Origin: Bacteroidales bacterium | Lineage (GTDB): Bacteria; Bacteroidota; Bacteroidia; Bacteroidales; UBA7960 | Assembly: GCA_007129255.1 (NCBI GenBank) | Contig: SKVW01000053.1 | Span: forward strand, 306-64,305 | Reading direction: 5' to 3' | DNA length: 64,000 nt | Shown: positions 19,039 through 29,145 of the stretch, in pieces | Numbering within the stretch: position 1 is the stretch's first letter | Layout of the letters: each line of letters opens with the position of its first letter | Made by a program: the position numbers and the translations under genes | The notes under the pieces: model-generated | Databases searched by the model: none | Seen by the model: only the letters and a program-made list of their open reading frames with translations | Told to the model about the DNA's origin: nothing

Positions 19039-19899
19039 TTATAAAATGGTGATGAGCACTACACCTGCCAGCATAAGCAATACCCCGGCCAGGCGATGCT
19101 TCAGTCCTTTTTCCCTGAAAAATATGGCCCCAAAAACCACCACCATCAGGGCACTGGTTCGTTTGATAGATATTACATAGGCCACCAGGGTGAGTTGAAT
19201 GGCGAGCATTTGAAAAATTAGGGTGGCTGCCGTAAAAAAGCCCACCGCAAGGAATCCTTTATCAAGCAGCATCTTTTTTGGTGCCTCCTTTGGGCGGAAA
19301 AGCATCACCACCGGGATCATTCCCAGGAAAAGAAAAATACTGACGGAAACCACCCAGAACAGCGGAGAGCTGTTCATAATGCCAACCTTGTCAATATTTG
19401 CGGTAATGCTCCATAAGAATGCCACCAGCAACATCAGCCGCGGGCCTTTATCCCTTAATAATGCTTTAAATGGCATCAGCAAGCCTTTTTTTCGCACATC
19501 GAAATGCAGAAACCATGAACCTGCTACTATGGCAACAATGCCAAGAATGCCGGTAAGGTCGGGAAATTCCCCGACAATGATAGGGCTGGTTACCAGCAGA
19601 AAAAGCGGGGTAAAAGTAACCATGGGCACGGTAACCGACAACTCGGAATGTTGTATGGCCTTCATGTAGAGAATCGTGATCAAAATGTTCATCAGTCCGC
19701 CGGTGATCAGGGCAGGCCAGAATCCGGGGCCTGTTTTGGGGATGTCGATAAAAAACAGTACCGGGATCACAAAAGGCAGGGCGTACATTCTAAGTGCAAA
19801 AGCCAGCAATACCGGATCGGAAGTCCTGAGGGAAAATTTACTGAACACATCCTTCAGGGCTTCGCTCAGGGCGGTTAATATGGCCAGTGGCACCCACAT
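19039..19899 (-). CDS. EamA/DMT-family transporter
   Basis: 286 aa with about 10 TM helices and a duplicated EamA-like pattern. Confidence 0.8.
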   Translation of the reverse strand: MWVPLAILTALSEALKDVFSKFSLRTSDPVLLAFALRMYALPFVIPVLFFIDIPKTGPGFWPALITGGLMNILITILYMKAIQHSELSVTVPMVTFTPLFLLVTSPIIVGEFPDLTGILGIVAIVAGSWFLHFDVRKKGLLMPFKALLRDKGPRLMLLVAFLWSITANIDKVGIMNSSPLFWVVSVSIFLFLGMIPVVMLFRPKEAPKKMLLDKGFLAVGFFTAATLIFQMLAIQLTLVAYVISIKRTSALMVVVFGAIFFREKGLKHRLAGVLLMLAGVVLITIL

Positions 19900-19908
19900 G
19901 TAAAGCAG

Positions 19909-20460
19909 TTAAAGATAAATAAACAATAAAACCAGGGGAATGAGAATTCCGGCTCCTGTTATCCAGGCCCCCCTTCGCGTAATTCCGTTTTTTCCGCGAA
20001 TGATAAACAGCCCTGTAAAAGCCAGGATGATCAGGCTGCCGGCAAACAAATCCGAAAACCAGGTCCAGAGTTTCCGGGGGGTATTATAGTGCAGAAAGTT
20101 AACTTCATAAAAAACGGGCCTTCGGCGGATCTTTTCAATGTCCCCTTTGCCGGAAACGACATTTACATTCACTGTTCCTCCCTGTATGTAAATTCTCAGG
20201 CGGTCTCCGCTTTTGGTTTGGGTGCGGTAATTGCCTTCCTCCCCTATTTGTTCCAGAAAGTATAAAGAAAGACTGCGGTTATCCTCCTTTTCTTCAGAGG
20301 GTAATGCCAACTGAAATTCTTCTTCCGTAATGATGTAATTTGGATTCCAGTCGTGTCGGTGGTTCAGGGCAATGCCTGACAAACCATAAATGATACACAT
20401 ACCGAAAAAGAAATACCCAAGGTCGCGGTGCACGGCACGGTTTATCTTCCTTATCTTCAT
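19909..20460 (-). CDS. PepSY-associated TM-helix protein
   Basis: The N-terminus HRDLGYFFFGMCIIYGLSGIALNH is typical of PepSY-TM proteins. 183 aa with three TM helices. Confidence 0.7.
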   Translation of the reverse strand: MKIRKINRAVHRDLGYFFFGMCIIYGLSGIALNHRHDWNPNYIITEEEFQLALPSEEKEDNRSLSLYFLEQIGEEGNYRTQTKSGDRLRIYIQGGTVNVNVVSGKGDIEKIRRRPVFYEVNFLHYNTPRKLWTWFSDLFAGSLIILAFTGLFIIRGKNGITRRGAWITGAGILIPLVLLFIYL

Positions 20461-20537
20461 AATCAGAAAAGAATCAAAAGGTTTAAATCAGTTCATGAAA
20501 TTACAAATAATCCGTTTTTTGACGGCCAAACGGGGGT

Positions 20538-20570
20538 ATAAAAAAACTGCCGGCAAACTGCCGGCAGTTT
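20538..20570 (-). terminator. Rho-independent terminator after the His-rich lipoprotein gene
   Basis: 10-bp stem AAACTGCCGG / CCGGCAGTTT (20544-20553 / 20561-20570). On the minus strand a T-run follows it. Confidence 0.7.
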
Positions 20571-20589
20571 CACGATTCGGGTCCGGTTT

Positions 20590-21075
20590 TTATTTGATCT
20601 CGAAGCTGGTCAGCTCGATAAAAGCCATGATATCCGGGCTGATTCCCTTTTCTTCCAGCCGTTTGATGGCTTCCTGCGTAGAATCACAGTCGTGACCTTC
20701 TTCATGTTCATGTTCATGGTCATGGTCTTCCAATTCTTCTATGTTGCGCACCTGCGTTTTTAGCACACCCTGAACCTTAATATCACTCCCTTCAAATTCA
20801 GGCCCGAATTCGGGGGTAAAGTCGCCAAGCATCACCATAATGCTAAAGGCATCATTATCAGGCTGCATAATGCGCATTTTGTCACCACTATGGCGGCAAA
20901 TGTGGCCAATCATGCCTTCGAAACGAACTTCATAGTCTTCATATGCCATGGGGTTGCTTACCAGTTCTTCAATGGTTTTATCTTCGGCAACCCTTGCCGA
21001 ATCTTGCTCTGCTTGTTGCCCGCAGGCAAACAGGATAAACCCTGCCAGAAAGAACAAACCAATTTTTTTTGTCAT
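20590..21075 (-). CDS. Lipoprotein with an acidic His-rich segment (possible metal binding)
   Basis: Lipobox LFACG, a body with alternating, beta-strand-like sequence, and the segment EDHDHEHEHEEGHDCD. Confidence 0.6.
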   Translation of the reverse strand: MTKKIGLFFLAGFILFACGQQAEQDSARVAEDKTIEELVSNPMAYEDYEVRFEGMIGHICRHSGDKMRIMQPDNDAFSIMVMLGDFTPEFGPEFEGSDIKVQGVLKTQVRNIEELEDHDHEHEHEEGHDCDSTQEAIKRLEEKGISPDIMAFIELTSFEIK

Positions 21076-21299
21076 TTTGTTTTGGTGTTTTATAAATAAT
21101 AAAAATGGTTTTTTTTATGGGTGCAAAATTAAGATTAATAATTTAAAAACAGTTAATTATTTACTCAATCGGGAGTTAATGATGATTTGCTGAAAAATTC
21201 TGCAATAATCAGTTATTTCAGCCGTTTTGCATTAAGAAAACCAAATTATATTGTAGTTTTTTGTTTTTATCAGTCTTTTAAAAAACAGGAAGTGATTCA

Positions 21300-22328
21300 A
21301 TGCCTAAAGAAGCTGCCTTTTACATTAAGCAAAGCAATGAAAAAGTAATATGCCGGCTGTGCCCCCATGAATGCCTTATTCCAGAGAGTGGATTTGGAGT
21401 TTGCAGGGTTCGTCAAAACCGTGAAGGAAAACTCTACAGCGAAAATTACGGAATGATTGCCGCACTGCATTCCGACCCCATTGAAAAAAAACCTCTGTAT
21501 CATTTTTATCCGGGAAAAAACATTTTGTCTGCAGGAACCACCGGATGTAATTTGCGTTGCAGGTTTTGTCAAAATTACGGCCTTTCCAGGGCAGAGGTCA
21601 GGGAGTCGTTTAAAGATATGAGCCCTGTAAAGATTGAAGATCTTGTTGATCGGGTGGTGGAATCTGCCGACAATATCGGGGTTTCTTTCACCTATAATGA
21701 ACCGGCCATCTGGTTTGAATTTGTAATGGATGTTAGCAAAGAACTGCAAAAAGCCGGAAAAAGAAATGTAATGGTATCCAATGGCTTTATTAATCGCGGC
21801 CCGCTGGAAAAAATGCTGGAGTATGTTGATGCTTTCAATATTGACTTAAAATCCTTTAATGATAAATTTTACCGGGAGGTAACCCATTCCAGCCTGGGGC
21901 CGGTGCTGGAAACCATAAAAAAAATCAGTCAGAGCGACCGCCATCTTGAATTGACACACCTGGTAATACCCGGATTGAACGATAAAGTTGAGGAATTCAG
22001 TGCAATGGTAAACTGGATCGCAAATGAAACAGGCAGCGAAGTGCCCCTGCATATTTCAAGGTATTACCCGGCATACCTTATGAATAATGAGCCAACCCCC
22101 ATTGATACTTTGGAAAAGTTCTATGAAGTGGCCCGGGAGAAACTTCATTATGTTTTTCTTGGGAATGTACCCGAAATGACAGATCGCAGCAACACCTGCT
22201 GTCCTGCTTGCGGCAAGGTTTTGATAAGGCGTCGTGGTTACCGCATCACCGGCAATTTTTTAAATGAAAAAGGACAATGCAGCTTTTGTCAAACGGCCAT
22301 TGCCATCGTAAATTTGGATCCATCATGA
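21300..22328 (+). CDS. amrS: AmmeMemoRadiSam system radical SAM enzyme
   Basis: N-terminal Cys cluster CRLCPHECLIPESGFGVCRVR and the radical SAM motif CNLRCRFCQN. It is immediately followed by a Memo-like gene. Confidence 0.85.
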   Translation: MPKEAAFYIKQSNEKVICRLCPHECLIPESGFGVCRVRQNREGKLYSENYGMIAALHSDPIEKKPLYHFYPGKNILSAGTTGCNLRCRFCQNYGLSRAEVRESFKDMSPVKIEDLVDRVVESADNIGVSFTYNEPAIWFEFVMDVSKELQKAGKRNVMVSNGFINRGPLEKMLEYVDAFNIDLKSFNDKFYREVTHSSLGPVLETIKKISQSDRHLELTHLVIPGLNDKVEEFSAMVNWIANETGSEVPLHISRYYPAYLMNNEPTPIDTLEKFYEVAREKLHYVFLGNVPEMTDRSNTCCPACGKVLIRRRGYRITGNFLNEKGQCSFCQTAIAIVNLDPS

Positions 22329-23176
22329 AAACAACTGAAAAAACAAGAAAACCGGCAGTGTCGGGAAGATTTTACCCCTCAGATCCTGAAGAACTACGCA
22401 AGTTGATCCGCGAGCTTAAAGAGAAGGAAACCCCGCGTTTTAAGGAGTTGGGAGATATTGAACTGGTCGGGGGTATTGTACCTCATGCAGGATATCCCTA
22501 CAGCGGTCATCATGCAATTCATTTTTTTGAAATGGTCAGGCGGTACATGCCTGATTTTGATACGGCAGTGATTTTTTGTCCCAACCACAGCGGATGGGGC
22601 CCGGGAGTGGGCCTGGATGATAACCAATACTGGAACAGTCCTTTAGGAAATATTGAAGTGGACAGGGATTTTTATCCGCACCTGGATATTGAAGTTTCCA
22701 AAGAAGCTCATGAGTTTGAACATTCGGCTGAAGTAATGCTGCCCATGCTTCAGTATTTCTTTTCACATGATTTTAAAATACTACCGGTTAGTATTTGGGA
22801 ACAGACTCCTGAACAAGCTACTACGCTCAGTCTTAAGCTGCTTTCTGCCAATAAAAGATTGGAAAAAAAACTTTTGTTCATTGCTTCCACGGATTTTTCC
22901 CATTATGTAAGTGCGGCTTCAGGAAAAGTCCTTGATGACCGGGTATTGGAGAAGATAAGGCAGTTTGACATCAAAGGTGTTTACAAGGAGGTTGAAGAAA
23001 ATAATATTTCCGTTTGCGGCTACGGTCCTGTAATGGCCCTGTTGAGCCTGGCAAAACTGCTTTATGCAGATCCGCAATTCCAGATTTTACAAAGAGGCCA
23101 TTCCGGCGATATTGTGCCATCCGATGAAGTTGTGCATTATGTTTCGGCGGTGATGTATTCAAGGGCTATAGGTTGA
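22325..23176 (+). CDS. amrB: AmmeMemoRadiSam system protein B (Memo-like)
   Basis: Contains PAVSGRFYPSDP and VPHAGYPYSGH, typical of the Memo family. The ATG at 22325 overlaps the amrS stop (ATGA). The longer ORF from 22277 would overlap amrS by 52 nt. Confidence 0.8.
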   Translation: MKTTEKTRKPAVSGRFYPSDPEELRKLIRELKEKETPRFKELGDIELVGGIVPHAGYPYSGHHAIHFFEMVRRYMPDFDTAVIFCPNHSGWGPGVGLDDNQYWNSPLGNIEVDRDFYPHLDIEVSKEAHEFEHSAEVMLPMLQYFFSHDFKILPVSIWEQTPEQATTLSLKLLSANKRLEKKLLFIASTDFSHYVSAASGKVLDDRVLEKIRQFDIKGVYKEVEENNISVCGYGPVMALLSLAKLLYADPQFQILQRGHSGDIVPSDEVVHYVSAVMYSRAIG

Positions 23177-23304
23177 CACTGAAAACAGTCTTCCGCAATT
23201 ATCTTGTGTATTTGTAATATTTTTAAAATCAGTATTTTTTTCTAATTTTACCCATATTATTTACCATTTTACCGGTATTATCATAAAATTATTATTTAGC
23301 CAAT

Positions 23305-23943
23305 ATGAAGAAAAGCCTTATCGAAGATCTTTTGGCCGGATATGAAAAAACCATTGCACGCCTGGTTTTATATTGTATTTACGAGCTCTCCTTTCCTATG
23401 GGTTTAAAGCGTACCATTGACATACTCAAGGGAAACAAATCTTCTTTTGTAATCAATCATGAACTCAACAAGCTGGAAACTTTTTCGGTGCTTCCAGGGT
23501 ATACACGGGATCAGCTCTCAGATATCATTGATATTTTGATAAATCAGGAAATGATCGTGGTTGAAAAATTCAGCAAGGATCAGGCGGAAGGATCTGTTTT
23601 AAAGCTTGGTTCAAAAGGTAAAGATTACCTGGAGGGAAAAGGAAAAACAGAATTCGTTTTGCTGGATGTGCTGATGGATAAGGATATTCCGGAGTTATCC
23701 GAAGATGATCAGGATCTGTTTTATAAATTAAAGCTTACCCGGCGGCAACTGGCCGAAGAAAATGATATTCCGGCATTTATGGTTTGCAGTGACATGAGCC
23801 TTCGTAATATTTGTATAAAAAAGCCCATGGAACCCGAAGAACTTGAAAGGATCAAGGGGGTGGGAAAGAAATTCATGGAAAATTACAGCCGGCAATTTCT
23901 CTATGTTGTTCGTCAATATGTAACCCGCGAAAAAGGGGTTTAG
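23305..23943 (+). CDS. Stand-alone RQC-like winged-helix plus HRDC domain protein (RecQ C-terminal-like)
   Basis: The C-terminal LFYKLKLTRRQLAEENDIPAFMVCSDMSLRNICIKKPMEPEELERIKGVGKKFMENY matches the HRDC pattern of RecQ. The N-terminal ILKGNKSSFVINHELNKLETFSVL...DILINQEMIV resembles RQC. No helicase core is present. Confidence 0.65.
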   Translation: MKKSLIEDLLAGYEKTIARLVLYCIYELSFPMGLKRTIDILKGNKSSFVINHELNKLETFSVLPGYTRDQLSDIIDILINQEMIVVEKFSKDQAEGSVLKLGSKGKDYLEGKGKTEFVLLDVLMDKDIPELSEDDQDLFYKLKLTRRQLAEENDIPAFMVCSDMSLRNICIKKPMEPEELERIKGVGKKFMENYSRQFLYVVRQYVTREKGV

Positions 23944-24042
23944 TTTCTGGCCGGTTTTTCTGGAACTTTCTTAGGTTATCAAAAATTTTATTCCTTTGAT
24001 GCGTTAAGGTTTTTTGTTATTCTTGCGTGGGAATTAAAATCC

Positions 24043-24050
24043 TATCTTTG
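24043..24050 (+). promoter_or_regulatory. -7 box TAtcTTTG upstream of the EamA transporter gene
   Basis: Exact TATCTTTG lies 24 nt upstream of the ATG at 24074. Confidence 0.35.
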
Positions 24051-24073
24051 CCCCTTCTTAATTTTTTTAAAAA

Positions 24074-24964
24074 ATGGCTTACGTCGGAGAATTGGCCGCC
24101 TTATTCACGGCCATGTGCTGGACAATTACAGCCCTGTCATTTGAAACGGCCAGTCGAAAGGTAGGGAGTGTATCGGTTAATTTCATCCGTTTGGTGATGG
24201 CGCTGCTGTTGCTAGGCATTTTTTCATGGGTGCGTCGTGGCATGTTCCTGCCTTTTGATGCCACGGCCTACAATTGGTTTTGGCTGGCCCTGTCGGGTTT
24301 GGTGGGGTTTGTTATCGGCGATCTCTTTTTGTTCAAGGCTTTTACGGTTATCGGTTCGCGCCTGTCTATGCTGGTAATGACCCTGGTTCCTCCAATAGCT
24401 GCCTTTACCGGCTGGCTGTTGATGGGGGAAGTTCTTACCTGGCTGAATATTGCCGGGATGACCCTTACCATCTCCGGCATTGCCCTGGTAATCTTTCATA
24501 AACATTCCGGTAAGGCCTTGCCCGCAGACAGGATACCCCTTAAAGGATTGTTGTTCGCACTCGGAGGAGCGGCCGGTCAGGCAGTGGGTCTGGTACTGAG
24601 TAAGTTTGGAATGCAGGATTACGACCCTTTTTCAGCTACGCAAATCAGGGTCATGGCAGGCATAATCGGTTTTGCCATACTCATCAGCTTTTTCAGGCGG
24701 TGGCTGGCAGTGGGTAAAGCCACCGGAAACCGACCTGCCATGGCTTTGATGTTGCTCGGTGCTACATTCGGCCCCTTTCTGGGCGTTTCTTCTTCCCTTA
24801 TTGCCGTGCAAAATACAGCAACCGGTATTGCATCCACCATCATGGCCATTACCCCTATTCTTATCATTCCCCCAACGATGATATTTTTTAAACAAAGCGT
24901 TTCATGGAAAGAAGTGTTTGGGGCAGTAATAAGCGTTTGCGGGGTCGCGCTTTTCTTTATTTAA
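24074..24964 (+). CDS. EamA/DMT-family transporter
   Basis: 296 aa with about 10 TM helices and two EamA-like halves. Confidence 0.8.
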   Translation: MAYVGELAALFTAMCWTITALSFETASRKVGSVSVNFIRLVMALLLLGIFSWVRRGMFLPFDATAYNWFWLALSGLVGFVIGDLFLFKAFTVIGSRLSMLVMTLVPPIAAFTGWLLMGEVLTWLNIAGMTLTISGIALVIFHKHSGKALPADRIPLKGLLFALGGAAGQAVGLVLSKFGMQDYDPFSATQIRVMAGIIGFAILISFFRRWLAVGKATGNRPAMALMLLGATFGPFLGVSSSLIAVQNTATGIASTIMAITPILIIPPTMIFFKQSVSWKEVFGAVISVCGVALFFI

Positions 24965-25158
24965 AACCAGTGAACCGATAATTAAAAGCACGGGCCGGTA
25001 CAATTTGAAACTTTTTATTCCCGTTACTTTTACTTGTAAGGATCCTTTTCAAAAGCGGGAAGTTTACAAATAAATCAAATCGCATCTGTTGAAAATGTGT
25101 TTTTAAAAACTTTGGAGCCATCAAAAAAAGATTAACCCAGATATCAGACAATATACGG

Positions 25159-27510
25159 TTGTTTTTTTATGATTTGAAAACCGGTAAGATCAACGGCAAA
25201 AAGATAGTTAAAGGTTTTTCTGTTTTGTTGCTATTAATCGTTTTTACCGGAGGAATTGCTTTTGGCGGACTTTACCTTGGAGCACGCTGGGGCGTTTTTG
25301 GAAGCCTGCCTTCGAAGAGTGAACTTAAAGCCATTGACAACCATACTTCCACTGAAATTTATGCTTTCAACGGAGAGCTTCTCGGCAAGTATTATATTTA
25401 CGACCGTACCCATGTTTCCCTTGATGAGATATCTCCTTTTGTTACTGAAGCCTTGCTTGCCACTGAAGATATTCGCTTTTACCGGCACCGCGGAACAGAC
25501 TACCGCAGTATGCTAAGGGTTTTTGTGAAAAATATACTGTTGAGACAACCTGAGGCTGGAGGCGGTAGTACCATTACCCGTCAATTGGTAAAAAATATTT
25601 ATCCCCGTGAGAATGGGGGAACCATTGGACTGGTCATTGAAAAACTAAAAGAAGGCATCATCGCCGGTAGGCTCGAAAAGGTTTACAACAAAGATGAAAT
25701 CCTGTTGCTTTATTTAAATACCGTCCCTTTTGGTGAAAATGTCTTTGGGATCAGTGCGGCATCCCAGCGGTTTTTTAATAAAACCCCTATGGAACTTTCT
25801 CCCCAGGAAGCCGCAACCCTTGTAGGTATGCTAAAAGCTACTTCCAGTTTTAATCCCCGGCTCCATCCTGCCCGGGCCGAAAGCCGCCGGAATACGGTAA
25901 TTGACCAGCTAAGCAACTACAATTTCATTGAAGAGGCCTTTGCCGACTCCCTCAAATCCCTTCCCCTGGAGCTCAACTATGCCCCCCTCACCCATTTGCA
26001 TGGTCCGGCTCCTTATTTCAGGGAAATGTTGCGGTTGGAATTAAGGGATTGGCTTGAGCAATACAATGAGGCCAACAAAACAGACTACAGCCTCTACAAT
26101 GACGGTCTGAAAATATACACTACCCTGGATTACCAGCTTCAGTTGAAGGCAGAAAAGGCTGTGGGAAAACAAATGAGGCAGTTGCAAAACCTGGTGGATA
26201 TTCATTACCGCACCGCCGGGAGGTCAAGAGTGGAAGCTTTGGTAACCAACCAGGTGCGGCGTACCAAAAGATACCAGGCTTTAAAGGCTTCCGGCATTTC
26301 TGAAAAAGAAATAATGGCAATATTGAACCATCCCGAAGAAATGACCTTTTTTGGATGGGATCAGGAGAAATTGATGCATATTTCGCCCATTGATTCGGTA
26401 TTTATGGCGCAGAAGCTGTTGCACAGTGGTTTGGTAGCCATTGAGCCAGCTACCGGGTTTGTGAAGGCCTGGGTAGGTGGAAATGATTTTCGTTTTTTCC
26501 AGTTCGACCAGGTATTGTCCCGCAGGCAGGCCGGTTCGGCATTCAAGCCCTTTGTGTATGCTGTAGCCCTTGAAAATGGCATTGAACCATGTGATTTTGT
26601 ATCTAACGGGCCCGTGGTATTTGAAGAATACGGGGATTGGTCACCTTCCAATGTCAATGATCATTACGAGGGATATTACAGCATGCAGGGAGCCCTGGCC
26701 CATTCGGTAAATACGGTTTCCGCCCGATACCTTTCCAAAGCCGGTATTGATAAGGTAATTGAACTTGCCCGGCAAGCCGGTATTCAGGGTCACCTGCCTG
26801 AAGTTCCTTCCCTTAGTCTGGGAACAGCAGAAACCTCCTTGCTGGAGTTGACAGCAGCTTATGCAATTTTTGCCAACGAAGGTCAACCTGCTTCCCCCAG
26901 GTGGCTACTGCGCGTTGAAGACCGCGATGGCAAGACCTTATATCGTTCGCCTACCAATTTACCCCCTCCATCCGTTATTAAATCCGAAACGGCCCTGTTA
27001 ATGAATGAGATGCTGAAAAGTGCCGTGGATAGTGGAACCGCCCGAACCCTCAGGGACCGCTATGAGCTTTCCATTGATATTGCCGGAAAAACCGGAACCA
27101 CCCAGTACAACAGCGATGGGTGGTTTATTGGTTATACGCCAGACCTGATCACCGGTGTATGGGTGGGACTGGAGAACCCCTCTTTTAGTCGTGCATATCC
27201 CCTTCCATTTGGAGCTTCCGGTTCTGCCGTGCCACTTTGGGGCGAATTCATGCAACAGGTTTCGCGTGATCCGGAAACCATGAATTACACATCTTCAAGG
27301 TTCAGGGAGTTGCCCCCGCACCTTGCAGAAATGATGGCCTGCAACATGTATATTGAAGAACTCCCACGCCGTTCATGGTTCGAAAGGATTTTCGGAGGCA
27401 GGGATGAACCCCCCTCCCGGGAAGAAACAAAGCCCGAAAAAGAAGAGGAAAAACCTTCCCGTAAAAAAAGACGCGGGTTTTTCAGAAGGATCCTGGACGA
27501 AGTTTTTTGA
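25159..27510 (+). CDS. Penicillin-binding protein 1A (bifunctional transglycosylase/transpeptidase)
   Basis: Glycosyltransferase motifs EDIRFYRHRG and GGSTITRQL. Transpeptidase motifs SAFKPF (SxxK), SVN and KTGTT. The start is a TTG; no in-frame ATG lies near the N-terminus. Confidence 0.9.
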   Translation: MFFYDLKTGKINGKKIVKGFSVLLLLIVFTGGIAFGGLYLGARWGVFGSLPSKSELKAIDNHTSTEIYAFNGELLGKYYIYDRTHVSLDEISPFVTEALLATEDIRFYRHRGTDYRSMLRVFVKNILLRQPEAGGGSTITRQLVKNIYPRENGGTIGLVIEKLKEGIIAGRLEKVYNKDEILLLYLNTVPFGENVFGISAASQRFFNKTPMELSPQEAATLVGMLKATSSFNPRLHPARAESRRNTVIDQLSNYNFIEEAFADSLKSLPLELNYAPLTHLHGPAPYFREMLRLELRDWLEQYNEANKTDYSLYNDGLKIYTTLDYQLQLKAEKAVGKQMRQLQNLVDIHYRTAGRSRVEALVTNQVRRTKRYQALKASGISEKEIMAILNHPEEMTFFGWDQEKLMHISPIDSVFMAQKLLHSGLVAIEPATGFVKAWVGGNDFRFFQFDQVLSRRQAGSAFKPFVYAVALENGIEPCDFVSNGPVVFEEYGDWSPSNVNDHYEGYYSMQGALAHSVNTVSARYLSKAGIDKVIELARQAGIQGHLPEVPSLSLGTAETSLLELTAAYAIFANEGQPASPRWLLRVEDRDGKTLYRSPTNLPPPSVIKSETALLMNEMLKSAVDSGTARTLRDRYELSIDIAGKTGTTQYNSDGWFIGYTPDLITGVWVGLENPSFSRAYPLPFGASGSAVPLWGEFMQQVSRDPETMNYTSSRFRELPPHLAEMMACNMYIEELPRRSWFERIFGGRDEPPSREETKPEKEEEKPSRKKRRGFFRRILDEVF

Positions 27511-27572
27511 TGGATTCACCCATAATTTCAAAAAAAAATTAATGGGTTCAGCTTTCAGGATTTTTTTTTGGT

Positions 27573-27604
27573 TTTGAATTATATTTAAAAAAAAGTTAGG
27601 TTTG
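27573..27604 (+). promoter_or_regulatory. Bacteroidota-type promoter (TTTG-N20-TAggTTTG) for the symporter/TlpA operon
   Basis: TTTG at 27573-27576, a 20-nt spacer, and TAGGTTTG at 27597-27604. The ATG follows 30 nt downstream. Confidence 0.6.
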
Positions 27605-27633
27605 TTGATGGTTTTACCAAAACTGCTTTTTTT

Positions 27634-29145
27634 ATGGAAGAAGTTCAAAACATTGCACTTGAAGTAGACCGGTATGCCGTTTGGTCTTTTATCGGTTACC
27701 TTTTGCTGATCACCCTTATTGGGATTTATTCGGCCCGTTTTTCTTCCCGGGGGATTTCCAACTTTTTTATCGGGGGGCGCAAAATGGGGATGTTGGTGGT
27801 GGCCTTGTCCTCAGTGGTAAGCGGACGCAGTGCCTGGCTTTTGCTGGGCGTTACCGGAATGGCTTTTACTATGGGGTTTTCGGCTTTGTGGGCTGTCCTT
27901 GGTTACACCCTGGTGGAGTTTTTCCTGTTTTTCTTTTATGCACCGCGCATCAGGAGATTCAGCGAAAAATACGATTGCATTACCGTTCCGGATTTTTTTG
28001 CAGAACGGTTTGAGGACAAAAGCGGGGTGTTGCGTTCGGTGGTGGTGGGCATCATCATTGTTTTTATGATCGCATATGTATCAGCGCAATTTGTAGCCGG
28101 TGGCAAAGCCTTTCATTCAAGCTTTAATCTTACTGAAACGCAGGGTATTTTGCTTACCACCGGCATTATTTTATTTTATACCATGGTGGGTGGTTTTTTG
28201 GCGGTAAGCCTTACCGATACCATACAGGGAATATTTATGGTCGTGGCACTTATTGTTCTCCCTTTCATTGCGATCATGCATTTAGGCGGTTTTGGCGTTT
28301 TTTATCAGCAGGCCATTACCATTGGGGAAGGTAACTTTTTTAATCCGCTTGCACTAAGTTTTGGTGGCCTTATCGGTTTTCTTGGTATTGGGTTTGGTTC
28401 TCCCGGAAATCCCCATATCATAGCCCGTTATATGTCTATTAAAAATCCGGACCGCTTAAAAATGGTTGCCCTGGTTGGAACAACGGCCAACTTTTTGATG
28501 GCTTTGGGAGCGCTTTTTACCGGCATGGTGGGACGTATGTATTTTACCGATGTTTCCTTACTGCCCGGAGCCGATCCGGAAAATATATATCCGGTTCTTG
28601 CCAATCAGCATCTTCATCCGATCATGTTTGGAGTGGTAATCGCCTCTATTTTTGCCGCCATCATGTCTACGGCTGATTCCCAATTGCTGGTAGCTGCTTC
28701 GGCTTTGGTTCGTGATATTTATGAAAAGCTGATCAAACGCAACCTGGAAGTGCCCCAGAAAAGACTGGTTTTTCTCAGCAGGTTTTTTGTAGTGGTGCTG
28801 GTTGCCCTGGCTCTTCTGCTGGGGTTGGTTGCCGAAAAACTGGTGTTTTGGCTGGTGTTGTTTGCATGGGCAGGGCTCGGAGCTGCTTTTGGTCCCACCA
28901 GTATTCTGGCCCTTTACTGGAAAAGAACCACAAGGTCAGGAGTAATAGCAGGAATGCTTGCTGGGGCCATAACAGTGATCATATGGAACCGGGTGGAGTT
29001 TCTTGCCGGCTGGCTGTATGAACTCGTGCCTGCTTTTATTATTGCATTTTTTGTAACTTTAACAGTAAGCCTTTTTACCAGGCAATCTGAAAACCATTTT
29101 AATATTTATAATTCTCTGAAAAGGGAAAAAAAGAAAAACCCATGA
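27634..29145 (+). CDS. Sodium:solute symporter family transporter (PutP-like)
   Basis: 503 aa with about 13 TM helices. The pattern resembles the SSS family (GGRKMG..., GSPGNPHIIARYMS). Confidence 0.8.
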   Translation: MEEVQNIALEVDRYAVWSFIGYLLLITLIGIYSARFSSRGISNFFIGGRKMGMLVVALSSVVSGRSAWLLLGVTGMAFTMGFSALWAVLGYTLVEFFLFFFYAPRIRRFSEKYDCITVPDFFAERFEDKSGVLRSVVVGIIIVFMIAYVSAQFVAGGKAFHSSFNLTETQGILLTTGIILFYTMVGGFLAVSLTDTIQGIFMVVALIVLPFIAIMHLGGFGVFYQQAITIGEGNFFNPLALSFGGLIGFLGIGFGSPGNPHIIARYMSIKNPDRLKMVALVGTTANFLMALGALFTGMVGRMYFTDVSLLPGADPENIYPVLANQHLHPIMFGVVIASIFAAIMSTADSQLLVAASALVRDIYEKLIKRNLEVPQKRLVFLSRFFVVVLVALALLLGLVAEKLVFWLVLFAWAGLGAAFGPTSILALYWKRTTRSGVIAGMLAGAITVIIWNRVEFLAGWLYELVPAFIIAFFVTLTVSLFTRQSENHFNIYNSLKREKKKNP

